Below are positions 54,685-63,802 of a stretch of 64,000 bases of DNA, piece by piece; within the stretch, counting starts at the first letter, position 1, and each line of letters begins with the position of its first letter. The position numbers and the translations under genes were made by a program. Source of the stretch: an uncultured Gemmatimonadales bacterium (GTDB taxonomy: Bacteria; Gemmatimonadota; Gemmatimonadetes; Gemmatimonadales; Gemmatimonadaceae); NCBI GenBank assembly GCA_963793305.1, contig CAWBZV010000005.1, positions 1,556,964 to 1,620,963 of the forward strand. Reading direction: 5' to 3'. The notes below the pieces were generated by a model. That model had not been told where the DNA came from. It saw only the letters and a list, made by a program, of their open reading frames with translations, and did no database searches.

Positions 54685-54745
54685 GAGCCAAAACCTAGCT
54701 CACTTTTTCGCTCTTCGCCATAGCGCGCGGCTCTTAATCGTTCAG

Positions 54746-55066
54746 CTAGGCCGGTGCAGTCTTGAGACGAAATCGGACGCCTTCGCGTTTTTGAAGGAAT
54801 GCGACAATGCCGAGCAGGTTAGCGGCCCGCGGATTACCCGCGGGCCCGAGCATGCGCATCAAGCTCTTCGACGGAATGCGCGTCGCTGCCGCTAGATCAG
54901 CAAAGCCGACTGTCGCTTTGATATAATCGCGCAGCACGGTTTTACCGGTATCAACGTCTCCAGCGAGCAGGCACTCAATGCCCTCGCGAAGCAGGGCTCT
55001 ACCAAACGCCGGATCCCGCTGCACGCGAGCGACGATCGTCTCTTTGAAATCGCGAGTTAACGGCAT
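54746..55066 (-). CDS. Addiction-module antitoxin (HigA-like HTH)
   Basis: MPLTRDFKET..LRDYI...GF..LA......KSLMRMLG..GNP; directly downstream of the toxin. Confidence 0.85.
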   Translation of the reverse strand: MPLTRDFKETIVARVQRDPAFGRALLREGIECLLAGDVDTGKTVLRDYIKATVGFADLAAATRIPSKSLMRMLGPAGNPRAANLLGIVAFLQKREGVRFRLKTAPA

Positions 55067-55072
55067 GAGTCC

Positions 55073-55390
55073 TCACTTTCTGCGCTTATAGTCAGCCCAC
55101 CGTTCGTGGGCGGTCTCAATATTCTGTTGCTGGCGTTTCTTGGTTCCACCGCCAAGCAAGATCACGAGCGTATCGCCGTCCTTTCCAAAGTACACGCGAT
55201 AGCCCGGCCCGAAGTCGATCGTGTACTCGAAGACACCGGCTCCGACGCCCTTGACATTCGAGAAATGACCGTGAGATAGCCGCGTGACTGCAATGGCGAC
55301 TTTCGCCGCGGCCTCCGCATTCAGGTCGTCGAACCACCTGGCATACGGACTGTGACTATCACGGTCGATGTATTCGCGAACGGTGATCAT
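55073..55390 (-). CDS. RelE/HigB-family addiction-module toxin
   Basis: SPYARWFDDL, GVGAGVFE, DFGPGYRVYF and LLGGGTK motifs. Confidence 0.9.
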   Translation of the reverse strand: MITVREYIDRDSHSPYARWFDDLNAEAAAKVAIAVTRLSHGHFSNVKGVGAGVFEYTIDFGPGYRVYFGKDGDTLVILLGGGTKKRQQQNIETAHERWADYKRRK

Positions 55391-55394
55391 GTGT

Positions 55395-55423
55395 ATGGTA
55401 ACGCATACGTTACCATGTGTCAA
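55395..55423 (-). promoter_or_regulatory. TA promoter with overlapping palindromic operator
   Basis: TTGACA-17-TACCAT on the minus strand. Perfect palindrome ATGGTAACG-CATA-CGTTACCAT at 55395-55416. Confidence 0.8.
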
Positions 55424-55649
55424 TCAAACGCGTCGAACGGGCCGAATTCTGGCACTCACACCGCGATTGACGACTCGAAACCCGGAAGCTCGCAGCCGAG
55501 AAGGGGCGCTCGATGAAGAGAAAGATCCGTCGAACTGTGTTCGAGCTCGAACGCCCCGGAGCTGGAACGCCGACTTATGTTGGTCGTGACTATTTCGACT
55601 CGCCGCTGATGCACGGTCAGCGCCGCAACGCGCTAGCTACCGCGATTAG

Positions 55650-58158
55650 CTACGTAATGCCAAGTTCTGCTTTCAGGTTGTCCGCTTCCCGAGATTTCCC
55701 CGCGGCCTCGTGTTGGGCGCCCAGCTTGTACAATACTTGGGCAAGCCCTTGCAAGGTCCCAAGGAGCTTCGTGCGATCCGTTGGTGACTCTGACACTACG
55801 CTTCGAAAGAGTTGCTCCGCCTCTTGCAATTGATCTCTTGCCTCGGCGAAGCGTTCCATTTGGGCCGAAATCACGCCACCGACGCGGAGCATCTGCGCGA
55901 GCATGGACCAATGTTCGTCGGCTAAGACGGCGCTGAGGTCTCGTTGTATTAGAATTGCTCTTAGCGCCAAGCGAGAATGCGATTTCAAGTCTCCCACGAC
56001 ACCTCAGCGTGTTCGCCAGCGTAATAAGGGCAATTGCATAGTGCGCTAGATACCTGTGGGGTTGGGCAAGGCACAGTCGTGTGAGAATTCTGACCGCTTC
56101 CATCGCCGCGTGAGATGCCTCACGTGGCTTCAGGTCGACGCAACGATTCGCCGAGTTGCTGAGAGTCAACGCGAACTTCCCTCGAAGCACGATCTCGTTC
56201 GGGTGAGCTGCAACGGCCCGTCGGTGTCGCATTACGGCTTCGCGCGCAACCTCGCTTGCGTTAGCTCCACGGCCCGTACGGTCAAGTGCGATGGCGAGGT
56301 TGTTCAACGCCCAGGCGATCTCTCGGTCAAAGACCTCCGGCTGCTGTTCCGCAAGCGCGCGGTATGCCAGGACGCTCTTTTGCGACGCCTGCAACGCTTG
56401 ATCTGGCTTGTTCAACTCCAGGTACCTCGTCACCAACGTATTGCGCGCTAGTGCCAATGCTCGCGCGTCGCCCTCGGCCGAGAGACGCTCAACGAGTTCC
56501 TCCTGAAATATCAATGCGCGCGCTTGCAGCACGACGCTCCGCTCGGGTAGCACTGCCGCAATAGAGGTCATCACTGATAGATCGACAGTCGGCGCTAGAA
56601 CATCGTCGAGCCAGGCGATGGCGCCCGAAACATTTGCGTCCTCCGCGAAGTCTTGCACAGCGTGAATCACAAATTCGGCGACTGCGATCGGGCTCCTGCT
56701 GAACGCACGCTGGATTGTTCCGTGTTGTTTCTCGAGTGGTCGGCGTGGAGCTCCGATTTCTGTCAGGGCGAAGGCCTCGCCTATAAGGTCAGGTCGGATC
56801 GGCGTCAGGTTGTCGCCTTGTTCAGCGGCAAGCGCGTCCGCGAGCAGAGAGGCAATCGTTTCAGCGGGGACAGATAGGCTATAGCCTGCTTCTCGACTCT
56901 CCTGCTCCACCAACGCAGTGGAGTCGGCTTGACCGCTACCGGCCTGAAGCGTCACGCATGCCGCCAGATACGTGAACAGCCTCGGATCGATGTGCGAAGC
57001 GGAAGCGAGGCGCTGCAGTCGTTCGCGCTCAGACTCGGCGACGCGCTTGGCCAGATCTGGCCGACTCAGTGCCAGTGCCGTGGGTGCATCACCCGAGGAG
57101 GCGACGACTCCCGCCATAATCAGGAACAGAGGGTCGCCTGTGTTGGGCCCGATGGTAAGACGGTTGTCGAAGTCTGGCCTAAGTCCCGGCGCCGGAAGGC
57201 TCGGTACGGTCGAGGCGCCGTTGATGCGTGCAGCCGCTTGCATTGCAGCTAACAGGAGCGCTCGTCGGTCAGCAACGGATCCGAGCGGGCGAAGCGGAAC
57301 TGGTGCTTCAGGATCGAGCAGCGAATCGATGGATGCGCTCGCGAGCGTTCCCGGCCGGGTAAGATCGAACCACCAACCGCCATTGTCGTCGGCGAACCGT
57401 TCCAGCAACAGCACGCGGAGTCGATAGGTGGTAGTCAACGTGGCGAGCTTGCCAAGCCAAACGCGAAGCGACGTAGCTGCGGACGCCGCATCGTCAATCA
57501 CGACCAGGGTCGGTCGCTCGGAACCCCTCCAGGCATCCCCATCGTAGTCGGTGCCCATTCGTGCGAGGGCATCGTGTGACAAAACACCTGCTCGCCAACC
57601 TTGCGACTCAGCGCGTTCACACAGATCGATGGCCAATCGTGTCTTGCCCGCTCCTCCTCGCCCGATCAGACAGCGGACGGCCACCATGCGCTCCGAGGTG
57701 AGCCACTCGCCCAGCGACTTGAGCTCATCACTCCGTCCCACGAGAGCCATTGCTCGTACGTCGGTTTGTAACACATCGAGCTCTTTCGTGGGCGCACGCC
57801 GACGATGATGCCAGGGGTCCAAGTTGATCTGAGACGCACGAACGTGAGAGGCAATCACGCTCAGTTGCTCAACGGACTGCTCCACCTGGCCGACACGGTT
57901 CTCCACCTTCCCGAGACGTTTCTCGAAGTCCGCGACGATACTGTGAACGCGAGCGATCTGCTCCCGTTCGAGAGCCGTCGGTGTAGACGCGAACAATGCG
58001 ATCAGGTCGGCGTGCGCAAGTCGCTTGAGACCGGGCATTGTCAGACGCGTCAGGACGGCAACGATGAGCCGATCGAACATCACTCGCGCCATGCCTGGGT
58101 CGAGCGACAAAGGCGCCGCGGTCAGCGCAGCGATTATCGTTTCACGGCGATCGCTCAT
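55650..58158 (-). CDS. Coiled coil + STAND P-loop NTPase + TPR sensor protein (apparent frameshift near 55971)
   Basis: Walker A GRGGAGKT, Walker B LVVIDD, RVLLLER and GDPL (GxP). TPRs such as WALNNLAIAL..G; the last TPRs continue in the 55650-55997 frame. Confidence 0.8.
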
Positions 58159-58754
58159 CGGGGAGCGCCAACGGCCCATTCAAACTTCGCGATCACGTCG
58201 ATCAAGTCCGCGTCGGTTGACGTGGCAAGCCAGCTCTGAAACCGCTGCCAGTCTTTGGCATTAACGCCATCCGGACATTTGTCGTGCGTCAGCAGGACCC
58301 GAATGCCCCCGAGGTATTCTGAGTTGATGTTCCCGGCGAGGACTTCGTCTCGAGTTGTTGTCCAGGCTTCGATGCCCGTGACTCCGTCTGCCAGTGGGGA
58401 GTGGCTCTCACGGGTCGGCGTGGCAGTCGTCGTGAACAGAAACTGAATCCGCAACTCCGGATTCAATGCCCGGTGCGCGACGAAGTGGGCGACCGCTGCG
58501 CGAGCACCCGGCGAACGGAGTGTGATGGAGCCACTGAGAGCTTTGACCTGCTCGACCGTTCGACCCAGAGTAACCTGTGACACTAAGTCAACATCCTCGC
58601 CACGCTCGAGCTCGAGGATCTCATCACTGCCTAGGGCGAGCCATCGGTCCAGCGTGACATGGATCTGATAGAAATAACCGCGGATGGTATCGCTTGCGTC
58701 GCGGCCCGCTTGTGCAACAAATTCTTTGAGCTGCTCGATCGGCGCAGTCGGCAA
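58155..58754 (-). CDS. Cap4-like PD-(D/E)xK nuclease domain protein
   Basis: RDASDTIRGYFYQ..ERGEDVD..EQVK. TTG start 8 nt after GAGGAG. Confidence 0.72.
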   Translation of the reverse strand: MPTAPIEQLKEFVAQAGRDASDTIRGYFYQIHVTLDRWLALGSDEILELERGEDVDLVSQVTLGRTVEQVKALSGSITLRSPGARAAVAHFVAHRALNPELRIQFLFTTTATPTRESHSPLADGVTGIEAWTTTRDEVLAGNINSEYLGGIRVLLTHDKCPDGVNAKDWQRFQSWLATSTDADLIDVIAKFEWAVGAPR

Positions 58755-58992
58755 CGCGATTACTCCTCGGAGTTCATGCCGTTTGGGTGATTCTCGGCGA
58801 CGCCACCATTCGCGCTTAGCGACTGTCGCGCGCTGGTACAGTCCGCACAAGGGCGCTTTTCAGACAGCAACAGGCAGGTTCGTGACACGACCCCTCGTCC
58901 GTTCACATTGCGGCTTGCGGGCGTGCATGCTCCGCACCGCGCCGGTGAGCTTGTCGCGATCAGCCACGCCGCCCGATGTCGCGACCACTCGA

Positions 58993-59316
58993 GTGTCAGT
59001 CGACACCTCGCACCTCAGGACCATGTGTAAATTATCCGCCAATGGACTGGGGTTCGGTGTTCCGATGGGTTCCCGCCGCAATTCTTGTGGCCATGGGGAT
59101 GCTGGGCATTGTTCGGCGCCAGATACGGCTGGTCTATCGCTCGGGATTCGGTCGAGGGGAATCACGATACCTGCGCGGCAAGGAAGCCGTTTTCTTCGGT
59201 GTCTATCTCGTTGCCGCGGGAATCCTGCTTGCAGCCTGGTCGCACTGGCGGCAATCGGCACCAGGCCATAGACCGCTCACTTCGCGGTCGACTCCATTGG
59301 AGGTGTCGACCGACAC
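58993..59316. repeat. 17-bp inverted repeat pair
   Basis: GTGTCAGTCGACACCTC (58993-59009) and GAGGTGTCGACCGACAC (59300-59316), 16/17 complementary. Confidence 0.75.
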
Positions 59317-59341
59317 GATGAGATCGACCGACACCACCTGA
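59042..59341 (+). CDS. Small two-TM hypothetical membrane protein
   Basis: MDWGSVFRWVPAAILVAMGMLGI...FFGVYLVAAGILLAAW; TAAATT 8 nt upstream. Confidence 0.55.
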   Translation: MDWGSVFRWVPAAILVAMGMLGIVRRQIRLVYRSGFGRGESRYLRGKEAVFFGVYLVAAGILLAAWSHWRQSAPGHRPLTSRSTPLEVSTDTMRSTDTT

Positions 59342-59445
59342 AACTCCGTCCGAGCTCTCGGAGACTCACTCCGGCGCACCCTCGGCGAGTCTGGCGGGAC
59401 GAAGCCGCTACCCTAAGCCTGCCTGGCCGCGTATCTTACCGTGCT

Positions 59446-59961
59446 ATGTTGGTGTTCGACCTCCGCTCGCTCTCGTCGGCTGCCGCGACTGTTGATGGTG
59501 TGTTAGAGTCCGGCGACCCGGTGTGGCAGGAGCAGGATACGGTACCGGTCGCAGGTGTCCGGGTCACTGGGCGGCTCTCGCAGGCCGGCCCAGCCCGGTA
59601 TTATTTCAGTGGCCGGATAGCTGGGGCGGTTCATGGTGAATGTCGGAAGTGCTTGACCGACGTTGACGTGGATGTTGCGGAGCCGGCGCATTTCGTGTTC
59701 GTAGAGGACGGCGCCGACGATCTCGAAGATCCTGATGTGTTCGTGTTCGACCCGCGGGAGAATGGCCTCGATCTGAGGCCGGCCATCCGCGAACAGTGGC
59801 TCCTGGCCGCGCCGGCGTATGTCCAGTGTCGTGAGGACTGCCGCGGCCTGTGTCCCACATGCGGGGCTGACTTGAACGCCGGCGCGTGTTCGTGCGAGCC
59901 GGCAACCGATAGTAGGTGGGCGGCGCTCAAAGCTGCCCGCGACCACTCCGACCATCACTAG
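59446..59961 (+). CDS. yceD: DUF177/YceD family protein
   Basis: CRKCL, CREDCRGLCPTCG.DLN...C.C and DSRWAAL motifs; upstream of rpmF. Confidence 0.92.
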   Translation: MLVFDLRSLSSAAATVDGVLESGDPVWQEQDTVPVAGVRVTGRLSQAGPARYYFSGRIAGAVHGECRKCLTDVDVDVAEPAHFVFVEDGADDLEDPDVFVFDPRENGLDLRPAIREQWLLAAPAYVQCREDCRGLCPTCGADLNAGACSCEPATDSRWAALKAARDHSDHH

Positions 59962-59963
59962 CA

Positions 59964-60146
59964 ATGGCCGTTCCGAAGAGAAGGACCTCGAAGCGAAAGA
60001 AGCGCGCACGGAATACGCACAAGACGGCGCCGGCGATCGTGCTGCAGGCGTGTCCGCGCTGCAACAGCATGAAGCGACCGCACCATGTCTGTGAGGAGTG
60101 TGGGTACTACGGCGGTGAGCAGCGGGTCGTCGCCAAAGAGGCTTAA
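59964..60146 (+). CDS. rpmF: 50S ribosomal protein L32
   Basis: MAVPKRRTSK, CPRC and HHVCEECGYY motifs. Confidence 0.96.
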   Translation: MAVPKRRTSKRKKRARNTHKTAPAIVLQACPRCNSMKRPHHVCEECGYYGGEQRVVAKEA

Positions 60147-60149
60147 GCC

Positions 60150-61139
60150 TTGGCGCGCATCGCGTTGGATGCGATGGGGGGTGACCACGCTCCCCGCGCC
60201 GCGATTGCCGGCGCGCTGCTCGCCCTCGCGGAGCTGCCGGCGGCGCACACGATCCAACTCGTTGGACAGCCAGCCGTCATCGAGGCCGAGCTCGATCTCC
60301 TGAAGGCTGACCGCTCGCGTTTGGAGATTGTTCCGGCTGCGGACGTGATCGCGATGACGGACAAGCCGAGCGTTGCCTTGCGCAGCAAGGCGAGCTCGAT
60401 GGTCGTGGGTCTCGAGCTGCAACCACGCGGTCTCTCGGATGCGTTCGTCTCCGCCGGCAACACCGGCGCGCAGATGGCCGCATCCATGCGCATTCTCAAG
60501 CTGATGCCGGGGCTCGAGCGGCCCGCGATCGGCACCGTGTTTCCCACGGCGCTCAAGCCCGTGCTCGTGCTGGACAGCGGCGCCAACGTCGACTGCTCGG
60601 CCGAGGAGCTCGTGCAGTTCGCCCGGCTCGGTTCGGTGTACTGCGAGGACCTGCTCGGCCGGTCCAACCCCGCGATCGGGTTGCTCAGCGTCGGCGAGGA
60701 AGACGAGAAAGGCAACGCCGTCGTGAAAGAGGCCAATGCGCTGCTCCGGGCGTCCGGTCTCAATTTTCAGGGGAATGTCGAAGGCCGAGATATCCCGCAA
60801 GGCCAGAGCGATCGAGGGCCGATCGACGTCGTCGTCTGCGATGGGTTCGTCGGGAACGTGCTCCTCAAGTTCTATGAAGCCATAGCGCCCGTGGTGACGC
60901 GCTGGATCGGCGAGGGGCTCAAGATGGACCCCAAGCAGCTGCAGCGGAGCCTCGCGCAACTCGACTACTCCGAGCACGGCGGCGCGCCGCTGCTCGGCGT
61001 TCAAGGAGTGAGCATCATCTCGCACGGCAAGTCGAACGACCGCGCGATCAAGAACGCGATTCGCGTGGCGTTGCGTGCGGTCGAGAGCCACATGACCGAG
61101 CACGCCAGCCGGCGCCTCTCCCAGTCGGCCACGGCGTGA
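60150..61139 (+). CDS. plsX: Phosphate acyltransferase PlsX
   Basis: IALDAMGGDHAP, SAGNTGA, GANVD, DGFVGN and GGAPLLG motifs. Confidence 0.96.
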   Translation: MARIALDAMGGDHAPRAAIAGALLALAELPAAHTIQLVGQPAVIEAELDLLKADRSRLEIVPAADVIAMTDKPSVALRSKASSMVVGLELQPRGLSDAFVSAGNTGAQMAASMRILKLMPGLERPAIGTVFPTALKPVLVLDSGANVDCSAEELVQFARLGSVYCEDLLGRSNPAIGLLSVGEEDEKGNAVVKEANALLRASGLNFQGNVEGRDIPQGQSDRGPIDVVVCDGFVGNVLLKFYEAIAPVVTRWIGEGLKMDPKQLQRSLAQLDYSEHGGAPLLGVQGVSIISHGKSNDRAIKNAIRVALRAVESHMTEHASRRLSQSATA

Positions 61140-62092
61140 AGCGCCCGATCGCCTACCTGGCCGGCACCGGCCGCGGTCTCCCGTCACACGTGATGACGAA
61201 CCACGACTTCGCCTCGATCGGCATCGAAACGTCGCACGACTGGATCGTCGAGCGCTCGGGGATTCACCAGCGCTACATCGCGAAGAACGGCGAGTCGACG
61301 TGCTCCATGGGCGTCGATGCCGGGCGCAAAGCCATGCAACGCGCCGGCGTCACCCCCGGCGAGCTCGACGCGATAATTCTGAGCACGGCCGCTCCGGACC
61401 GCCCGCTGCCCGCGACCGCCGTCTCGGTCCAAGCCGCACTCGGCGCCTCCCGCGCGGCCGCATTCGACATCGCGGCCGCATGCTCCGGTTGGCTCTATGG
61501 CCTCTCGATCGCCGAGGGCATGATCGCGACCGGCTCGGCCGAGACGATCCTCGTCATCGGGTCCGAGAAGATGAGCGCGATCCTCGACTGGACGGACCGC
61601 ACGACCTGCGTGCTGTTCGGCGACGGCGCCGGCGCCGCGGTCGTCAAGCGCTCGAAAGCGCACAAAGGGATCCTGTCCTCGTTCACGCGCAGCGATGGCG
61701 CGCTGGCCGAGCTGCTGTATCGCCCGCCGCCCGACAACGGGTGCTCGTTCGTGAAGATGCAGGGGCGCGAGATCTTCAAGTACGCCGTTCGCTCGATGGC
61801 CGAGGCGGTGGACCGCGCGCTCGACGGCGCGCGGCTCACCGGGAACGACATCGATCTCCTCATTCCGCATCAGGCCAACGTGCGGATCATCGAGGCGACC
61901 GCGAAGCACGCCAACATGCCCCTGGACAAGGTCTTCATCAACGTCGACCGCTACGGGAACACGTCGTCGGCGTCGGTGCCGATCGCGCTGGACGAGGCGA
62001 TCGAGTGCGGCCGGGTAAAAGAGGGCACGACCGCTTTGCTGGTGGCCTTCGGCGCCGGACTCACGTGGGCATCGATGGTGGTACGGTTTTGA
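61136..62092 (+). CDS. fabH: Beta-ketoacyl-ACP synthase III
   Basis: AACSG, LFGDGAGA, PHQAN, GNTSSAS and FGAGLTW motifs. Confidence 0.96.
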   Translation: MKRPIAYLAGTGRGLPSHVMTNHDFASIGIETSHDWIVERSGIHQRYIAKNGESTCSMGVDAGRKAMQRAGVTPGELDAIILSTAAPDRPLPATAVSVQAALGASRAAAFDIAAACSGWLYGLSIAEGMIATGSAETILVIGSEKMSAILDWTDRTTCVLFGDGAGAAVVKRSKAHKGILSSFTRSDGALAELLYRPPPDNGCSFVKMQGREIFKYAVRSMAEAVDRALDGARLTGNDIDLLIPHQANVRIIEATAKHANMPLDKVFINVDRYGNTSSASVPIALDEAIECGRVKEGTTALLVAFGAGLTWASMVVRF

Positions 62093-63006
62093 GCGCCGCG
62101 AAGATCGTCGCGCTGTTCCCAGGGCAGGGGTCCCAGAAGCCCGGCATGGCCCGCGACCTCGCCGCGGCTTTTCCCGCCGCGCAGGCAGCGCTGACCACGG
62201 TTGATGCCGCGCTCGGCTTCAAGCTCTCCCATCTCATGTTCAATGGTCCAGCCGACGAGCTGACCATGACGGACAACGCGCAGCCAGCCTTGCTGGCCCA
62301 CAGCGCCGCGGTCTGGGCGGTTCTCGCACCGCACGCCGTGGCGGCCGCCGGTCACTCGCTAGGCGAGTTCACGGCCTACCATGCGGCAGGCGCATTGTCC
62401 CTCGGACACGCCGCGCGTCTGGTGCGTCGTCGTGGCGAGCTCATGCGGCAGGCGTCATCGGGCACGATGGCGGCGATCCTCGGCACCACGTCTTCGCCGA
62501 TCGAGGACATCTGCGCCGAGGCCGGCGGCACGGTCGTCGCCGCGAATTACAACGCGCCTGACCAGATCGTGATCTCCGGCGAAGTCGACGCCGTCGAACG
62601 CGCGATGGCGATCGCCAAAGAGCGCGGCGCCAAGAGAGCGATTCGTCTGCCGGTGAGCGGCGCGTTCCACTCGCCGCTCATGGCATCGTCTGCGCCCGGT
62701 CTCAAAGCCGCGCTCGACCAGGCCGGGTTCGTGGAAGCCCAGCTGCCAATCTACTCGAACGTCGACGCGCAACCATCGACGTCGCCTGATGTTGCACGAC
62801 TCAAACTATTACACCAGCTCACGTCGCCAGTGCGCTGGGTCGACACGATTCGCAACCTCGCAGGGCAGCATCCCAATGCGCTCTTCCTGGAGATCGGTAC
62901 GGGCAGCGTGCTCACGGGTCTCGTGAAGCGCATCGCGCCGCAGGTCAAAACTGCCTGGTGCGGCACACCCGCTGACATCGAGGCGGTGCTCGCGGTGCTC
63001 GTATGA
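62089..63006 (+). CDS. fabD: Malonyl-CoA-ACP transacylase
   Basis: FPGQGSQ, QPA, GHSLGE and VSGAFHS motifs; TTG start overlaps the fabH stop. Confidence 0.96.
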   Translation: MSAAKIVALFPGQGSQKPGMARDLAAAFPAAQAALTTVDAALGFKLSHLMFNGPADELTMTDNAQPALLAHSAAVWAVLAPHAVAAAGHSLGEFTAYHAAGALSLGHAARLVRRRGELMRQASSGTMAAILGTTSSPIEDICAEAGGTVVAANYNAPDQIVISGEVDAVERAMAIAKERGAKRAIRLPVSGAFHSPLMASSAPGLKAALDQAGFVEAQLPIYSNVDAQPSTSPDVARLKLLHQLTSPVRWVDTIRNLAGQHPNALFLEIGTGSVLTGLVKRIAPQVKTAWCGTPADIEAVLAVLV

Positions 63007-63742
63007 AAATCGATCTCACGGGTAAGGCCGCGGTCGTGACCGGTGCGACGCGCGGGATCGGTCGCGCGATCGCCGCTTCGCTCGCGGCTGCTGGGGCGCG
63101 TGTGGCGGTGGTTGGCCGCAACGCCGAGACCGCGCAGTCGGCGGCCGCCGAGCTCGGGCACGGCGCTCAAGGTTTCGCGGCGGATGTCGCCAACCCCGAG
63201 TCGGCTATCGCGATGATCGCCGCGGTCGAGAGCGCGTTCGGCGCGATTGATATCCTCGTGAACAACGCCGGTATCACACGCGACAATATCATGCCGCGCC
63301 TCAAGGACGCCGACTGGGATGAGGTGATCAACGCGAACCTGCGCGGAGCGTTTCTCACCACCCGCGCGGCGGTTCGCGGGATGATGAAGCGCCGTTGGGG
63401 CCGTGTGATCAATATCTCCAGCGTCGTCGGCCTGGTCGGCAACAAAGGCCAATCGAATTACGCTGCCAGTAAGGCCGGACTGATCGGCCTCACGAAATTC
63501 AGTGGCAAAAGAGTTCGCCGCGCGGAACGTGCTGGCGAACGTCGTCGCGCCAGGATTCATCGAGACGGACATGATCCAGGCGATGACCCCGGATGCGCGA
63601 GCGACGCTCATGCGCCAAATTCCATTGGAGCGCTTGGGCACGCCGGATGAGCATCGCATCACTGGTCACCTTCCTCGCGTCCGACCACGCGTCCTATATC
63701 ACCGGACAGGTGTTTGTCGTGGACGGGGGCATGGTAATGTAG
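63003..63742 (+). CDS. fabG: 3-oxoacyl-ACP reductase, with two apparent frameshifts (~63498, ~63651)
   Basis: TGATRGIG, NNAGITRD and YAASK in the first frame; APGFIETDM in the second; YITGQVFVVDGGM* in the third. Confidence 0.93.
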
Positions 63743-63802
63743 GGTAGCGAAAACGTTAGATTCACAGCTTGGCCAACAACCTTCTGACCCACCGAGGGGC
63801 GC

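Larger units (their letters stand above)
53552..59400. other. Putative defence/accessory island between ndk and yceD
   Basis: Genes switch to the minus strand and codon style shifts (more A/T-ending codons). Contains two TA pairs and a nuclease-STAND-TPR module. No integrase seen. Confidence 0.7.

Noticed and set aside
55395..55416. CGTTACC in the TA operator as part of the GTTACCGG regulon
   Set aside because: Opposite half-site geometry and different flanks; it is explained by antitoxin autoregulation.
55513..55833. ORF MKRKIRRTVFELER with a purine-rich RBS-like sequence
   Set aside because: More than half overlaps the TPR gene on the opposite strand and it has no recognisable motif; at most a gene remnant.
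63490..63742. fabG as truncated
   Set aside because: The canonical C-terminus (YITGQVFVVDGGM) is present in shifted frames; two single-base insertions explain it.
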